Source: a virus
IMG/VR virus record: IMGVR_UViG_3300021091_000016
Direction: 5' to 3' (one strand)
DNA: 64,000 bases
This document shows positions 1-9,930 of the stretch, in pieces. The position numbers and the translations under genes were made by a program. Position 1 is the stretch's first letter; the number at the start of each line of letters is the position of its first letter. The notes below the pieces were generated by a model. The model was not told the DNA's origin and ran no database searches. It was given only the letters and a program-made list of their open reading frames with translations.

Positions 1-6
1 GGGCAG

Positions 7-813
7 TTGCTTGCCTTGCTTGTGTCAATGATTATCCTATGGGAGATTCTCCCTGGGGTATTCTTACCCTTGTCTTCATTTTGCTTCCTCCTTTACAAGA
101 GGATCGATGAAGATGACCCTGAGTACAGTTATGTGAAAGGTTGGGGGTATAGCTTCTTGGTGCTATCCCTGATGTATCACGGCTGCCAACCCCAACGCGT
201 CCCTCTAAATCTGCCTGGCAAAACAATTCAAGAATCTTTTGAGTTCAATGACTACTTGCTTTCCAAGCAAGAGCTCTTGACTCATTACAAGAGCAATTGG
301 AAAGTTACGCGTGGATTGAATTTGGAGAGGAATCTCAAAGCGGATATTCTAGAGCATCCCGCTCGAAAATACCTGTTAGAGAATCCAGCCGTGTGTGTCT
401 TGCATGTAGGCGAACTGTCCAGCCTGGACTTCGCTACATATAGGACCAACAGTTTGTTGCTGAGTGTCCCACAAGCCTTCTATTCCAATAGGAGGTTTAC
501 CTGTCGAATTGCCATTGTCTACGGACATGGTGATTCCAAGGGTGGGATTCACGGACATTTAACGCATGCTCTTAACGGTGAACCCACGAGGTTTACTGAG
601 GAAGAGCTAAGACTGGCTTACCCCCAGTTAGAGTTAATGTTCGTGAAATGTAGGGGTGGTCGTAGCTATGACTACAGCTATCCCCTATACGCTCAAGATG
701 GGAGCTTCTTTACAGCCGAAGAAGGCCAGTCCACCTATGGTGACTGGTTCTTTGAGGCTTGGAAAAGGAGGGCCCTGAAGCAATTCTTTGACCTTTACAG
801 GTACGAGGAATAA
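7..813 (+). CDS. hypothetical membrane-anchored protein (start uncertain, may extend off the window)
   Basis: 268-aa ORF with hydrophobic N-terminal segments. Confidence 0.6.
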   Translation: MLALLVSMIILWEILPGVFLPLSSFCFLLYKRIDEDDPEYSYVKGWGYSFLVLSLMYHGCQPQRVPLNLPGKTIQESFEFNDYLLSKQELLTHYKSNWKVTRGLNLERNLKADILEHPARKYLLENPAVCVLHVGELSSLDFATYRTNSLLLSVPQAFYSNRRFTCRIAIVYGHGDSKGGIHGHLTHALNGEPTRFTEEELRLAYPQLELMFVKCRGGRSYDYSYPLYAQDGSFFTAEEGQSTYGDWFFEAWKRRALKQFFDLYRYEE

Positions 814-850
814 ATAACAAAACAGGGGTAGCGTCCCTTTAAGCCACGCC

Positions 851-906
851 ATGGTCTACAGGGTTGTCCCTGTACTGATGATGGGCCAATTGAGGCCCGA
901 AACCAT
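851..906 (+). ncRNA. type III hammerhead ribozyme HH1
   Basis: ATGG-TC^ TACAGGG/CCCTGTA (stem I), CTGATGA, extra T, GGGCC/GGCCC (stem II), GAAA-CCAT; predicted cut after C856. Confidence 0.9.
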
Positions 907-985
907 TTAACTGTAATAGTGCTTTCTATTCAGCACTTAAATATGAATATAAGCAAAATGGGTCTAATCTCATCCAATCTATCAA

Positions 986-1048
986 TGACAAGATACATAG
1001 CGTTCGATGCTATGCTGATGAGACCTAATTCGGGGTCGAAATCTGTCA
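986..1048 (+). ncRNA. type III hammerhead ribozyme HH2
   Basis: TGACAAGA-TA^ CATAGC/GCTATG, CTGATGA, GACC/GGTC, GAAA-TCTGTCA; predicted cut after A995. Confidence 0.9.
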
Positions 1049-1161
1049 AGAGATATCTAAAAAACATTTCTCATCAATACTGGTGGATTAACCGCTTAAT
1101 GAATCAAGCTTAGAGCCTCAGCTGCTCTATATTTCTCTTGGTTTATTTTTAATCCTGTAGT

Positions 1162-1170
1162 GACGAGACG
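1162..1170 (+). promoter_or_regulatory. GACGAGACG motif, putative phage RNAP promoter
   Basis: Repeated 9-mer downstream of a hairpin/T-tract and upstream of RBS AAGGAG and ATG 1198. Confidence 0.6.
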
Positions 1171-1197
1171 TCAAAGCCGACATAAAAGGAGATTCTT

Positions 1198-1971
1198 ATG
1201 TCAAATTGTAAACGAGGGATATTCCCTCAAGTCTGGCCAGCACAACTGGCTAATCCAGCTGGTTGCTGGAAAAGTGTTAAGGTGGAGCGTGCTCCATCAG
1301 TTTTACCAATGATTGTTTTAATGATTGTTGGTATCCTTGGTTTAATTTTGGGTTCATTCCTGGTGGAACCTAAAGCTACTCCTTTTTCAGGCTTGCAAAT
1401 CTGTAAGCCACAGCCTCAACCCATTCCTCAGCCTCAGCCTGAACCTGAACCTCAGATTGAGCCACAGCCTGAGCCTAAAGCCGAACCTAAAACCGAAGTT
1501 AAACCTAACCTAATTGATGCTGCTATCGCTGTAGCAAAAGCGCAAGAGTTTGTTTCCTCGTCTAACGAGGAGACTATGCGTTTGAGTTTGCAAACCGCAA
1601 TTGAACACTGGGAGTCTCTAGGGGAAACCCAAGATGACATCCAAAACCTAGTAGCGCTATATTACGTGGAAACACGTTATGGCGTGAAAGGGAAGATTTG
1701 CAGGGACGATACTGGCGCTTGTGGTCATTTCCAGATTGTCCCAAAGGTGTGGAAAAAGTTATTCGGCCAGCTCAAAGATGATATCGAGTCTCAAGCAGAA
1801 ATGCTTATCGATATTAGGGAACACCTAAAGACATATAGCGCTGATAGGTGGAAGGCTTATTATGCGCTATCATTCAAAGGTGCTCAAGCCGCTATCAAAA
1901 GCGGTAAATTGAGTGCCTATGAAGTAAGAAACAATAAAATTGAGAGCGAAATAAAGGCTCTCTTAAAATAA
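1198..1971 (+). CDS. membrane-anchored lytic transglycosylase/lysozyme-fold protein with PQ/PE linker
   Basis: TM helix, PQPEPE repeats, SLT-like YVETRYG...GACGHFQI motif. Confidence 0.6.
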   Translation: MSNCKRGIFPQVWPAQLANPAGCWKSVKVERAPSVLPMIVLMIVGILGLILGSFLVEPKATPFSGLQICKPQPQPIPQPQPEPEPQIEPQPEPKAEPKTEVKPNLIDAAIAVAKAQEFVSSSNEETMRLSLQTAIEHWESLGETQDDIQNLVALYYVETRYGVKGKICRDDTGACGHFQIVPKVWKKLFGQLKDDIESQAEMLIDIREHLKTYSADRWKAYYALSFKGAQAAIKSGKLSAYEVRNNKIESEIKALLK

Positions 1972-2012
1972 AATAACAATCATAAATACTAATACTAATT
2001 ATAATAACTAAA

Positions 2013-2070
2013 TCTTATATAGAGGGTTTCTCCCTCTACTGATGAGGCCTAATTGACGGCCGAAATAAGA
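2013..2070 (+). ncRNA. type III hammerhead ribozyme HH3
   Basis: TCTTA-TA^ TAGAGGG/CCCTCTA, CTGATGA, GGCC/GGCC, GAAA-TAAGA; predicted cut after A2019. Confidence 0.92.
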
Positions 2071-2131
2071 ACATCAGTTTGTATCATATCTTTTCTGTCA
2101 TTCTCGCTGTGAATAAATAAATAAGACATTA

Positions 2132-2156
2132 ACAAGACTTTCATTAGTCTTTTTTT
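2132..2156 (+). terminator. intrinsic terminator-like hairpin
   Basis: AAGACT-TTCATT-AGTCTT followed by a T run. Confidence 0.55.
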
Positions 2157-2183
2157 GTGCTTCATTTTTTAAACACCTGTAAT

Positions 2184-2192
2184 GACGAGACG
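2184..2192 (+). promoter_or_regulatory. GACGAGACG motif
   Basis: Context CCTGTAATGACGAGACG after terminator. Confidence 0.6.
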
Positions 2193-2197
2193 ATTTC

Positions 2198-2243
2198 AAC
2201 TCTAGCATGGCGCATTTTCTAGGTTCGATTCCTAGATAGAGTT
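2198..2243 (+). ncRNA. tRNA-like minihelix (acceptor stem + T-arm only)
   Basis: AACTCTA/TAGAGTT 7-bp stem stacked on CTAGG-TTCGATT-CCTAG T-arm. Confidence 0.55.
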
Positions 2244-2360
2244 TTAGACCAATTATGGTCGAGCTGGGTTTAGTACAACCCTCCAAAAGTACTCTTAAGC
2301 TAATACAATTCCGTATAAAGCTTTCGTATTTTAACAATCCCAATGTAAGGAGAATGCATC

Positions 2361-2696
2361 ATGGGAAAGTTCAATTTCAAAATTAACAAAGCCATCAAGG
2401 CTGAGTTGATTACACGAGGGTTGTTACCCTTATTCGTTAAGGCCGTAAAAGGTCTGGTAAATCAAGGCGTCGTTGTCACTGACAACAGTAGCGTCTTGTT
2501 GGCTCTTATTTCCTTCATGAAGGATAATAAAGGGTTTTTCACAAGAAAGCAATTGCTAGTAGTGTTGCTAGCATTGTTCCAAAAAGCGAGCTTTCTCTGT
2601 AGGACCGGTTGGTCCGCAGGTGGAGAAAGCTTCCTCGTTGACACAGAGAATGGGACTCTCTATGTCAATCTAAGCCAAGTCCAATTCTACTTCTAG
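2361..2696 (+). CDS. hypothetical protein
   Basis: 111-aa ORF with AAGGAG RBS. Confidence 0.75.
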   Translation: MGKFNFKINKAIKAELITRGLLPLFVKAVKGLVNQGVVVTDNSSVLLALISFMKDNKGFFTRKQLLVVLLALFQKASFLCRTGWSAGGESFLVDTENGTLYVNLSQVQFYF

Positions 2697-2990
2697 TAGA
2701 GAAAGGTAGCTATCATGCTAATTGATTCGTCCTAAACGAATTTGCGTCTAAAGTGCAGGTGTAATTCCTGTTAATCCCAAACCCCCAAACCCCAACCCTC
2801 ACCCAATGGAGATTATTATGGATACGTCCTAAAATCCCAGAGAGATGCTATTCGTTAGCTTAAACATCTCTCTTAACGCAAGCTAACAAGCGCACACGTC
2901 CCGTGGCTATCCAATAGCCATTACCCGAAGCCCAGAACGTCAACCCTCTCATTCACCTGTTTTGTCTGTCACCATTCTCCTATATATCGG

Positions 2991-3030
2991 ATAAGCCAAA
3001 GCGCTTCGGCGTGGTCTTGGTTTATTTTTT
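2991..3030 (+). terminator. intrinsic terminator-like hairpin
   Basis: ATAAGCCAA...GCGC-TTCG-GCGT...TTGGTTTAT then T run. Confidence 0.55.
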
Positions 3031-3056
3031 CCGCTATATATTTTGTGACTTGTAAT

Positions 3057-3085
3057 GACGAGACGAAAAATGACGAGACGAGACG
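3057..3085 (+). promoter_or_regulatory. tandem GACGAGACG motifs upstream of the RNAP gene
   Basis: Copies at 3057, 3072 and an overlapping copy at 3077. Confidence 0.65.
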
Positions 3086-3127
3086 AACTCGGTAAAATCA
3101 ATTGTACAACTGCATAAGGAGATTACC

Positions 3128-6100
3128 ATGCAGCAAGTAACTATTAAGGGGATTTTTGACCCCATATACGACCGCAACGTAAGTTTGGGTCGTGACATTC
3201 TAGCTTTGGCGTTAAAAAACGTTAAAGCAATTGCTTCAACCCAAGCCAAGGTTCAAACCAAGGCTAATTTCAAGATTAAAGCTAAGGTTAAAACCAAGGT
3301 CCAAGCAGAAGTCGTACGCGCTGAAAGAGCTGCAGCTAAGGCTAAAGCTCGTAAGGGTTATGATGTAGCTAGAGCCGCTCTCTGTTACCTATTAGGTGGC
3401 GGAAAGATTTTCAAAGACACTTTAGAAGCAGCAAGACTGTTTCTAAGAGGTGGAGTTGAAGCTCTCGGCTTGAATGGCATGCCCAGTAACGATGCTGGTG
3501 TTTATTATGCCTCGAGCTTGAATGCTGTACAAATGGTGTTGGCTGAGAAAATCGGTTTACTCAGCAGACCAGGGAAAGCCTTAAGCTCTGCAGCAAATTA
3601 TGATCAATATCGTGATTTATTGGAGAAGGTAATTCATGATGCTTTTCCTAAGAACGGGTTACAGCTTGATGAAGTCCAAATGAAAAGGGAATGGTTTAAG
3701 AATCTAACTGGCACTGCCGATTTAGATTCTGCTATCGGAGACTTTTTGGATGATGCAAGAAGAGCTGTCATGAGTCTAGATTGGGTGGGTCTGGATAATG
3801 GGGGGCTTGCGGTAAGAGTGAGTGGTCGTTTGATTACGGTGCTCAAACCACAAGTCAACTCCTTAAGGAGAAAGAGCGAGAGCAAGGTTTCGAAGGCTGG
3901 GAGCTCTATTAAGTTCGATCAAACGAACAATAGAGATGGTTCTCAGCTAATTGGAGAGTTAGTGGTGCTCCCAACTGGAGTTAAGAGTGAAACAAAAGCT
4001 GAAGGTTATGTAACTGAATCAAACAGCGACACAACCTTTGGTGTAATCACAAAGGTAAACTCAAGCTGGAATTCCAGTTTATTCCCTCTTTGTGAGGCGT
4101 TTGGAATTCAAATTGACCCAATCAAAGACGTAATTAAGATTACGTCTAAGGACCTGACGGAGGGTAACAAATCTAGAGCAAACGAAGGTTTGTTGGCTTT
4201 AGGCTACCTTCCTGTTACGGAAGGTGTTTATCTAAGGGAAGAAATTTGGGAAAAAGTAATGGGTGTCTTTGCTAAAGTATTTGGTGAGCTCAAAGATATA
4301 AGAAGCTATGGTAGGAGCTTCATAAGCACCCCAGCCTTGACGGCGTTCAAGGAGTATCAAAACATCCCAGTATTCCTTGCTGGTGATGATTTGCTGGGGT
4401 GGGAAGGGAATGATGGTGCTGGGTTGGTAACCGCAGGTACCATCATGGATAAGGGTTTCCAATTTAGATATATTGGAAATGGGCGGTTCGGTAAGGGATT
4501 AATTGCTAGATCCCATTATTTAGTGAAGGAACTGGAAGGAAAGTATAGCTTGGTAAGCTACAAAGATGATCTTAAACCAAGCGAATTCAATAAGATTCAA
4601 GAGTGGTTAAGCGATCTCGCTTGCTCAACTGGGTATTCAATAGAAAGTGAAAATGGGGGGACTTATCATAAGGCATTAATTCTAACGCCTTCAACCCTCA
4701 AGGGAATCAATAAAAAGATTCCCAAAGGTGGAGAATTTTTCCAAGGGGATGTGAATAGATTGACAACGATTATCGGCAAGGATGCTGATAAGCAAAAAAC
4801 TAGTAATAACTGGCAAATCGCTCAGCTATTACAAGCGTTGTCAAACCCCTCTCAGGATAAGGGATTTCTTCAGTTGAAGGATCATTTCTTTAAGGCCTTG
4901 GATAAAAAGGTAGGAAAGGCGATTGAGAAAGGGTTAAATTTGAGGGACAAAGGTGGCAACATGGATCTAATCCAATTGGCCACTTTTTTCAGCAGTGAGA
5001 AATATGCTCATCTGTTGAATACCTTCAATACCAAGGCCGAAAGTCGTTATGTCAACATGATGACGTTCGGTGGGGATGGTGTCTATGGAAATGGTGTGAT
5101 CCTAAAAGCATTCAGCAACGCTCACAAGGATAAGCTGGTGCTTAACAGCGTGTTAACACGCACGCCAAACCAAGATAGTCAATCTGTCCAGCTGCAGGAT
5201 AAAATCAATCCGGCTAAGTTGAGAGAGGTTCTGGATAGGTTAAAGCTGAATGGTTGGAACCGTAGCACATTAAAGACCTCAGAGGAGATTGAGGTAATCA
5301 ATAAAGTACTTGGCAATTGGAGTGCTGAGGAATGTGATAGATTCTTAGAGTTTTTCAAGAATGTAATATCACCCCAAATCAAGGATGGTTTGATTTGGGT
5401 CTCCAGTAATCTGCAAGGTATGATTACAGGAGATAATGATGGCGATAGAGATATCATTACTGATGACCCCTTATGGATTGCCATGGGAGAACTGATAGCT
5501 CTCAATACGGATGAGCGTCCGGTGAAGGAGAGCTTAAAGGCCTTTGTGCTTAAAGCAAAGGTCATACATGGGGATGGTAACGAGGTCGAATTGATGGTGG
5601 GAATGATGGATGATGAAAGTAGGAAGCCTGAACTTCTGAAATGTCTCAACTATCTGACTGCTAAAAATAGTGGTCAATTGAATGTAGGAGCAATCACAAA
5701 TGGTGCTGCGATAGCAACCACCTATTTTGATCCTATATTTGATGAGGATGGGACGTTTAGGATGAAGGAATGGGTAAGAAGATACTTCTTTACTTGTTTC
5801 GACATTCAGCAAGTAAGTATCGACAGGCAGAAATATGCCTATGTCATCCCGTCGTTGAGATACTTCCATCTCAATAAGGGTTTTTATCTACTTGATAATG
5901 GGAATGCCTTAATCATCCCAGGGTTAAGCTTTGTACCTGCGGGTATGCACAAGCTCAAACAAGTCCAGGGTGGACTTAAGGATGAGACGGAGGCAATCGA
6001 ATTTTTCAAGAAGGAATTTGGAAATTTTGAAGATGGCATAGAACATATGCCAGATCTAGAGCTGGGTGCAAAGCAAGTACAGATCACGGACCCCGTGCAA

Positions 6101-8659
6101 GGGTTTAGCGTGATTGGTGTGTACACATGGGCGCAATTTGTGCTCATGAGCTTCAAGCTTTGCGAAGCTCTAGGCGTGGATGAAATGAAATGGGGAGAGG
6201 TGTATGAGAAGCTCCTGACATCGCAAGATTTTGTTGGTTTCTTTAACGCAGATGGCAGGGATAAAGCAGGGCTTGCAACAAACTTAATTACTCTCTTGGA
6301 TGATTTAGTAGAGGTAAATGATCCTGCAAAGTCTTTGTTGGAGTTAACCCTAATCAGCAAAAAGGATATGTTGGGGTGGTTGGATGACGCAAATGCTATA
6401 AATCGTCCAGCACATATGCAACTCATCAAAGACAAAATTGATGGGATTGTGTTAAGTGCCTTGGATGATTGTAATATCAAAGCTCCTGATGTCAAGGACT
6501 TAGAAGCAGCGTTCCATACCGCTATAGGATCTCAATATGAGAGTTTAAGCTTCATCACCAACTATGAGGGTCATCAGATTGATCCTCAAGCCCACATGCG
6601 TGTCTTTAGTGATGCGCTAGCTAAGGCCAAAGAGGTCATGGCAAGAGAGGCAGAGGGTACTGCACAGAGCGTGAGGAAGCAGAGCTCTGCAGATAGCAGT
6701 ACTAAGGTCCTCTCTAAGGTAGCCAGCGCCTTTGGTGAAGCCTGGTATTTGGGTGGAGAGAGGGTAAGTGAGGAGGAGAAGGTGATGCAGAGTTTCTCTA
6801 ATAGTGTCTCGAAAGCACTATTGAACTCACAGGTCAATACAGCTAGCCGTAAGGATTATCTGGATAGATTTGAAGAAGCTGTTCAAAAGACAGCTTCTCA
6901 CGTCGTACTTAACGCAAATAAGTATGATAATGTGGGTGAGTTTATTGCATTCCTTGCGGAATGCATGGAGGCAATTGGAGAAGCAAGAACCAATACAGAT
7001 CGTTTAGATTTTCATGGTGAAAACCTAAAGGTGGATCTTATTGCTTTCTTCAATAAGCTGAACATGCATTCCGACCTCAAAACCCAAATAAATGCCTTAT
7101 ACAACCAGGTGTTTAAGAAGGGAGTAGAGGCTCTTTGGGACGGGATGGGGGACAAGGAAAAGGCTGTTCAAATTCTGGGACTTAAGCCAGGCACCAACCC
7201 AAGCTTTGATCAAAAGCTCTATTTGGTAAAGTTTAGTGCTTCGTATCAATTCTTTGAGAACAGCCTGGCTGTAATCAACAGATTGTATAAAGCAATAAGC
7301 TTTTATCCATCTGATTCTTCCTTGAAGGATAAGATGAAAGCTACAGTGCTGAGAAGCATTAAAAGCTTTGATAGAAACGCAAACCAATGGGTTGATGAGT
7401 TGGTAGTTGCTCCTGTAGCTGATTTCCAGCTCCCATTGGAATTCTGGGCTGAAAAGTTGATGGTTCTGCTTAACAGTGGAATCAATATCAACTTGAGGCT
7501 TAAGAAAGCTAAAAGGATCAAGACCCTAGATAACGGATATGATTTTTTCAAGAGTGATGATTGGGTCATGTACTCAAGCGTCATGCTGAAGTATCTGTCT
7601 GCTTTGGGGATTGATGTAAACCAATACCTCAGGACCGACCTAGAAATAGGTTTTGGTCATGTTTGGGGTTTAGCGGATTACCTCACTCTCTTACTAGGAG
7701 AGGCTGATACCAAGGGGAAGTTGGTAGGACATGCAGATGCAGCCGATGAGGCCGCCATTCAAGATATCTTTAAATCCAAAGGCTTAAATCTAGATGAATA
7801 TCGAAAGGCGCTTAATGTGCTCAAAGATAGCTCATTTAGCTTAAGTGGTGAGTGGAACCAAAAGATGAAAAATGGCGGAGAGACCCTTGTCGCAAATGAA
7901 ATGTATGTTGCGTTTCCTCTGATGTTAGTCAATAGCTTGGTTAAAAAATCAAGGAGAGATTCCAAACTTGACATCATGGATTATAATTATACCACAGCGT
8001 TGCGTGTTTCATTACACAATGCGTTGGGGGTAGAAATGGATAATTCAAGTGTTGGTGGGAATCAAGTTGATTTCGACCGAGTCCTAAAGGCTTTGTGGCC
8101 AGATAGAGTCCAGGAAGTCCTGGAATACTCTGGTTTTGGCCGTATTGCGTTTAGCAATTATCAGCCAAAAGAGTATATCTATGGCGGGTACCAGGTTGCT
8201 AGGTCTGTTGGTAAAGTCTTTGGTAAGGTCGCACAGGAGAAAACAGCTTACCAAAAGCTGAAAGAATCCAGACCTGTCGGGGGTTACGACCGCATAGAGT
8301 ACCAAGAGGAGTGGACCATGCAGACGCTCTTTGAAGCTCTAGCCCCTGAAGTACTTGAGAGTAACAAAAATTACAATCAAGACAAAAAGGGTTTAGTCTC
8401 TCTACTAGGTGTGATGTTGCTACAAAGCGATTTCATTACCTTAACAGAGATTGCCTTAGGGCTCAATAAGTTTGACGGTTCTGAAAGTCTTGTCGATCCA
8501 TGTTATTTCAGCTTGTACAGAAAAATCTCCAACAGAGATTTTCGAAGTTTACTGGCTTTGATTAAATATGGACAGCAAGGCAATAAGACCTTAAGCAAGT
8601 GGAATCTTCAGGTAAACCCAAAGCTTGACATCAAAGGCTTACTAAAAGCCTTCAATTAA
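3128..8659 (+). CDS. single-chain two-barrel (DPBB) RNA polymerase, YonO/QDE-1-like
   Basis: Ordered motifs FQFRY..G..GKG, TRTP, catalytic GDNDGD (DxDGD), VGAITN, SIDRQK match the cellular RdRP/YonO family order. Confidence 0.8.
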   Translation: MQQVTIKGIFDPIYDRNVSLGRDILALALKNVKAIASTQAKVQTKANFKIKAKVKTKVQAEVVRAERAAAKAKARKGYDVARAALCYLLGGGKIFKDTLEAARLFLRGGVEALGLNGMPSNDAGVYYASSLNAVQMVLAEKIGLLSRPGKALSSAANYDQYRDLLEKVIHDAFPKNGLQLDEVQMKREWFKNLTGTADLDSAIGDFLDDARRAVMSLDWVGLDNGGLAVRVSGRLITVLKPQVNSLRRKSESKVSKAGSSIKFDQTNNRDGSQLIGELVVLPTGVKSETKAEGYVTESNSDTTFGVITKVNSSWNSSLFPLCEAFGIQIDPIKDVIKITSKDLTEGNKSRANEGLLALGYLPVTEGVYLREEIWEKVMGVFAKVFGELKDIRSYGRSFISTPALTAFKEYQNIPVFLAGDDLLGWEGNDGAGLVTAGTIMDKGFQFRYIGNGRFGKGLIARSHYLVKELEGKYSLVSYKDDLKPSEFNKIQEWLSDLACSTGYSIESENGGTYHKALILTPSTLKGINKKIPKGGEFFQGDVNRLTTIIGKDADKQKTSNNWQIAQLLQALSNPSQDKGFLQLKDHFFKALDKKVGKAIEKGLNLRDKGGNMDLIQLATFFSSEKYAHLLNTFNTKAESRYVNMMTFGGDGVYGNGVILKAFSNAHKDKLVLNSVLTRTPNQDSQSVQLQDKINPAKLREVLDRLKLNGWNRSTLKTSEEIEVINKVLGNWSAEECDRFLEFFKNVISPQIKDGLIWVSSNLQGMITGDNDGDRDIITDDPLWIAMGELIALNTDERPVKESLKAFVLKAKVIHGDGNEVELMVGMMDDESRKPELLKCLNYLTAKNSGQLNVGAITNGAAIATTYFDPIFDEDGTFRMKEWVRRYFFTCFDIQQVSIDRQKYAYVIPSLRYFHLNKGFYLLDNGNALIIPGLSFVPAGMHKLKQVQGGLKDETEAIEFFKKEFGNFEDGIEHMPDLELGAKQVQITDPVQGFSVIGVYTWAQFVLMSFKLCEALGVDEMKWGEVYEKLLTSQDFVGFFNADGRDKAGLATNLITLLDDLVEVNDPAKSLLELTLISKKDMLGWLDDANAINRPAHMQLIKDKIDGIVLSALDDCNIKAPDVKDLEAAFHTAIGSQYESLSFITNYEGHQIDPQAHMRVFSDALAKAKEVMAREAEGTAQSVRKQSSADSSTKVLSKVASAFGEAWYLGGERVSEEEKVMQSFSNSVSKALLNSQVNTASRKDYLDRFEEAVQKTASHVVLNANKYDNVGEFIAFLAECMEAIGEARTNTDRLDFHGENLKVDLIAFFNKLNMHSDLKTQINALYNQVFKKGVEALWDGMGDKEKAVQILGLKPGTNPSFDQKLYLVKFSASYQFFENSLAVINRLYKAISFYPSDSSLKDKMKATVLRSIKSFDRNANQWVDELVVAPVADFQLPLEFWAEKLMVLLNSGININLRLKKAKRIKTLDNGYDFFKSDDWVMYSSVMLKYLSALGIDVNQYLRTDLEIGFGHVWGLADYLTLLLGEADTKGKLVGHADAADEAAIQDIFKSKGLNLDEYRKALNVLKDSSFSLSGEWNQKMKNGGETLVANEMYVAFPLMLVNSLVKKSRRDSKLDIMDYNYTTALRVSLHNALGVEMDNSSVGGNQVDFDRVLKALWPDRVQEVLEYSGFGRIAFSNYQPKEYIYGGYQVARSVGKVFGKVAQEKTAYQKLKESRPVGGYDRIEYQEEWTMQTLFEALAPEVLESNKNYNQDKKGLVSLLGVMLLQSDFITLTEIALGLNKFDGSESLVDPCYFSLYRKISNRDFRSLLALIKYGQQGNKTLSKWNLQVNPKLDIKGLLKAFN

Positions 8660-8750
8660 CAATTAACACAAAACCCCCACATCGGGGCTACTAAAGTGAA
8701 TAGTTTAAGCTAATCATTTTAAAAGTCCCGTATGTGGGAGAAAGGTATTT

Positions 8751-9209
8751 ATGGACCTAAATGAATACAAAGCTTTCCTAGATGAGCTTAAACAACTAGG
8801 GGTTGAAGAATATATCATGGCGGATATCTTGTTCGAAAAAGGATACACTTCACCGTATCAGTTGGCACGTGCTGGTGTGTCAAGCGCGATTATACATGGA
8901 GTGAGGATTCTTATGTCACAAAAGGCTGCTAGCCAAACTGGCAGTCAGATAAATGTTACTATTGGGAATATTTATGTTCTTGATGGTAAGACTGACCTCA
9001 AAACAATGCTGGCTTTAGCTGGTATCAATGGGGTTGACCCAAAGCAGATAACTTCCTCGCCAAAAGTATCTGTTAAAGCTACCCCGGTAACACCAACTCC
9101 TAGCACAGTGGTGATACCTCCCCTCAAAGCTCCTGCTACATCTAATAAGTTCGCAAACCTCTCCAACGATGACGATGAGGATGATGAGACTGATTATGAT
9201 GACAATTAA
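8751..9209 (+). CDS. hypothetical protein, acidic C-tail
   Basis: 152-aa ORF with RBS. Confidence 0.75.
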   Translation: MDLNEYKAFLDELKQLGVEEYIMADILFEKGYTSPYQLARAGVSSAIIHGVRILMSQKAASQTGSQINVTIGNIYVLDGKTDLKTMLALAGINGVDPKQITSSPKVSVKATPVTPTPSTVVIPPLKAPATSNKFANLSNDDDEDDETDYDDN

Positions 9210-9214
9210 CGAAA

Positions 9215-9276
9215 GGAACTGATGAGCCTCCCGGGAGTGGGAGGCGAAACCTAGGGCTAACCCCCGATGGTCTTCC
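9215..9276 (+). ncRNA. type I hammerhead ribozyme HH4
   Basis: GGAA CTGATGA GCCTCCC/GGGAGGC GAAA CC-TAG..CGAT-GG TC^ TTCC; cut after C9272. Confidence 0.9.
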
Positions 9277-9388
9277 ATTGCTCCAACCCTTTTTATACAC
9301 ATACTATAGTGTTTCGATGCGGACTCCGCCTGAAGAAAACTCCACTATAGCAGATGGTATTCTAACACTTTTTTAAAGGAGTATAAAT

Positions 9389-9760
9389 ATGTTAGACACA
9401 GACAGTTTACTAGACGCCGCCCAGAAAGCTACTCTTGATATTCTTCCCGATGATCAAAAAGCAGTAATCAAGGCACTGTTAACAACGCAAGCCCAACTAC
9501 AAGCCAGGAATTTAATTCTCGGTGAGTTCAGCAAGGCAACGGCACTGGCACTTCCCTATGGGAAGGAAGTCAAGGCTTTAACGCATATTGTTAATACGCA
9601 AGCGGACCTAGCCACGCTAAGTGATTTTATCACAAAAGCAATGGCTTTAGGTTGTGGCTTCTCGCTAGTTATCCAAGCACCCCAAGGTGATTTGTTCCAG
9701 AAATGGAATAAAGATATCCACAAAGGTGTAGTTGGACTAAAATCCGAGCTTAGTAAGTAA
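9389..9760 (+). CDS. hypothetical protein
   Basis: 123-aa ORF with AAGGAG RBS. Confidence 0.75.
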   Translation: MLDTDSLLDAAQKATLDILPDDQKAVIKALLTTQAQLQARNLILGEFSKATALALPYGKEVKALTHIVNTQADLATLSDFITKAMALGCGFSLVIQAPQGDLFQKWNKDIHKGVVGLKSELSK

Positions 9761-9808
9761 GGGTTTTTAGGACCGGTTAGGTTCTTTTTTTCTAAACCTT
9801 GCAGTCGA

Positions 9809-9817
9809 GACGAGACG
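9809..9817 (+). promoter_or_regulatory. GACGAGACG motif
   Basis: CGAGACGAGACG after a T-tract. Confidence 0.6.
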
Positions 9818-9930
9818 GCAAAAATAGAGTCTACTTGTAAAAATCAGAATACCATCCGTGGAGCTTCACGTAAAAGAGCTAGACCTTGACTCGAGGTCGT
9901 CTTAACTGTTTTGCATCAAAGGAAACTATC

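Noticed and set aside
919-1113. 64-aa ORF, and the 11262 start of the 128-aa ORF
   Set aside because: They run through ribozyme cores (the ATG in CTGATGA) and lack an RBS
3634-8305. Minus-strand ORFs here and throughout the window
   Set aside because: Antisense shadows of long + strand genes with no recognisable motifs
9302-9352. Eighth hammerhead (CTGAAGA)
   Set aside because: No correctly placed GAAA-stem III-UH; kept only as a generic structured element
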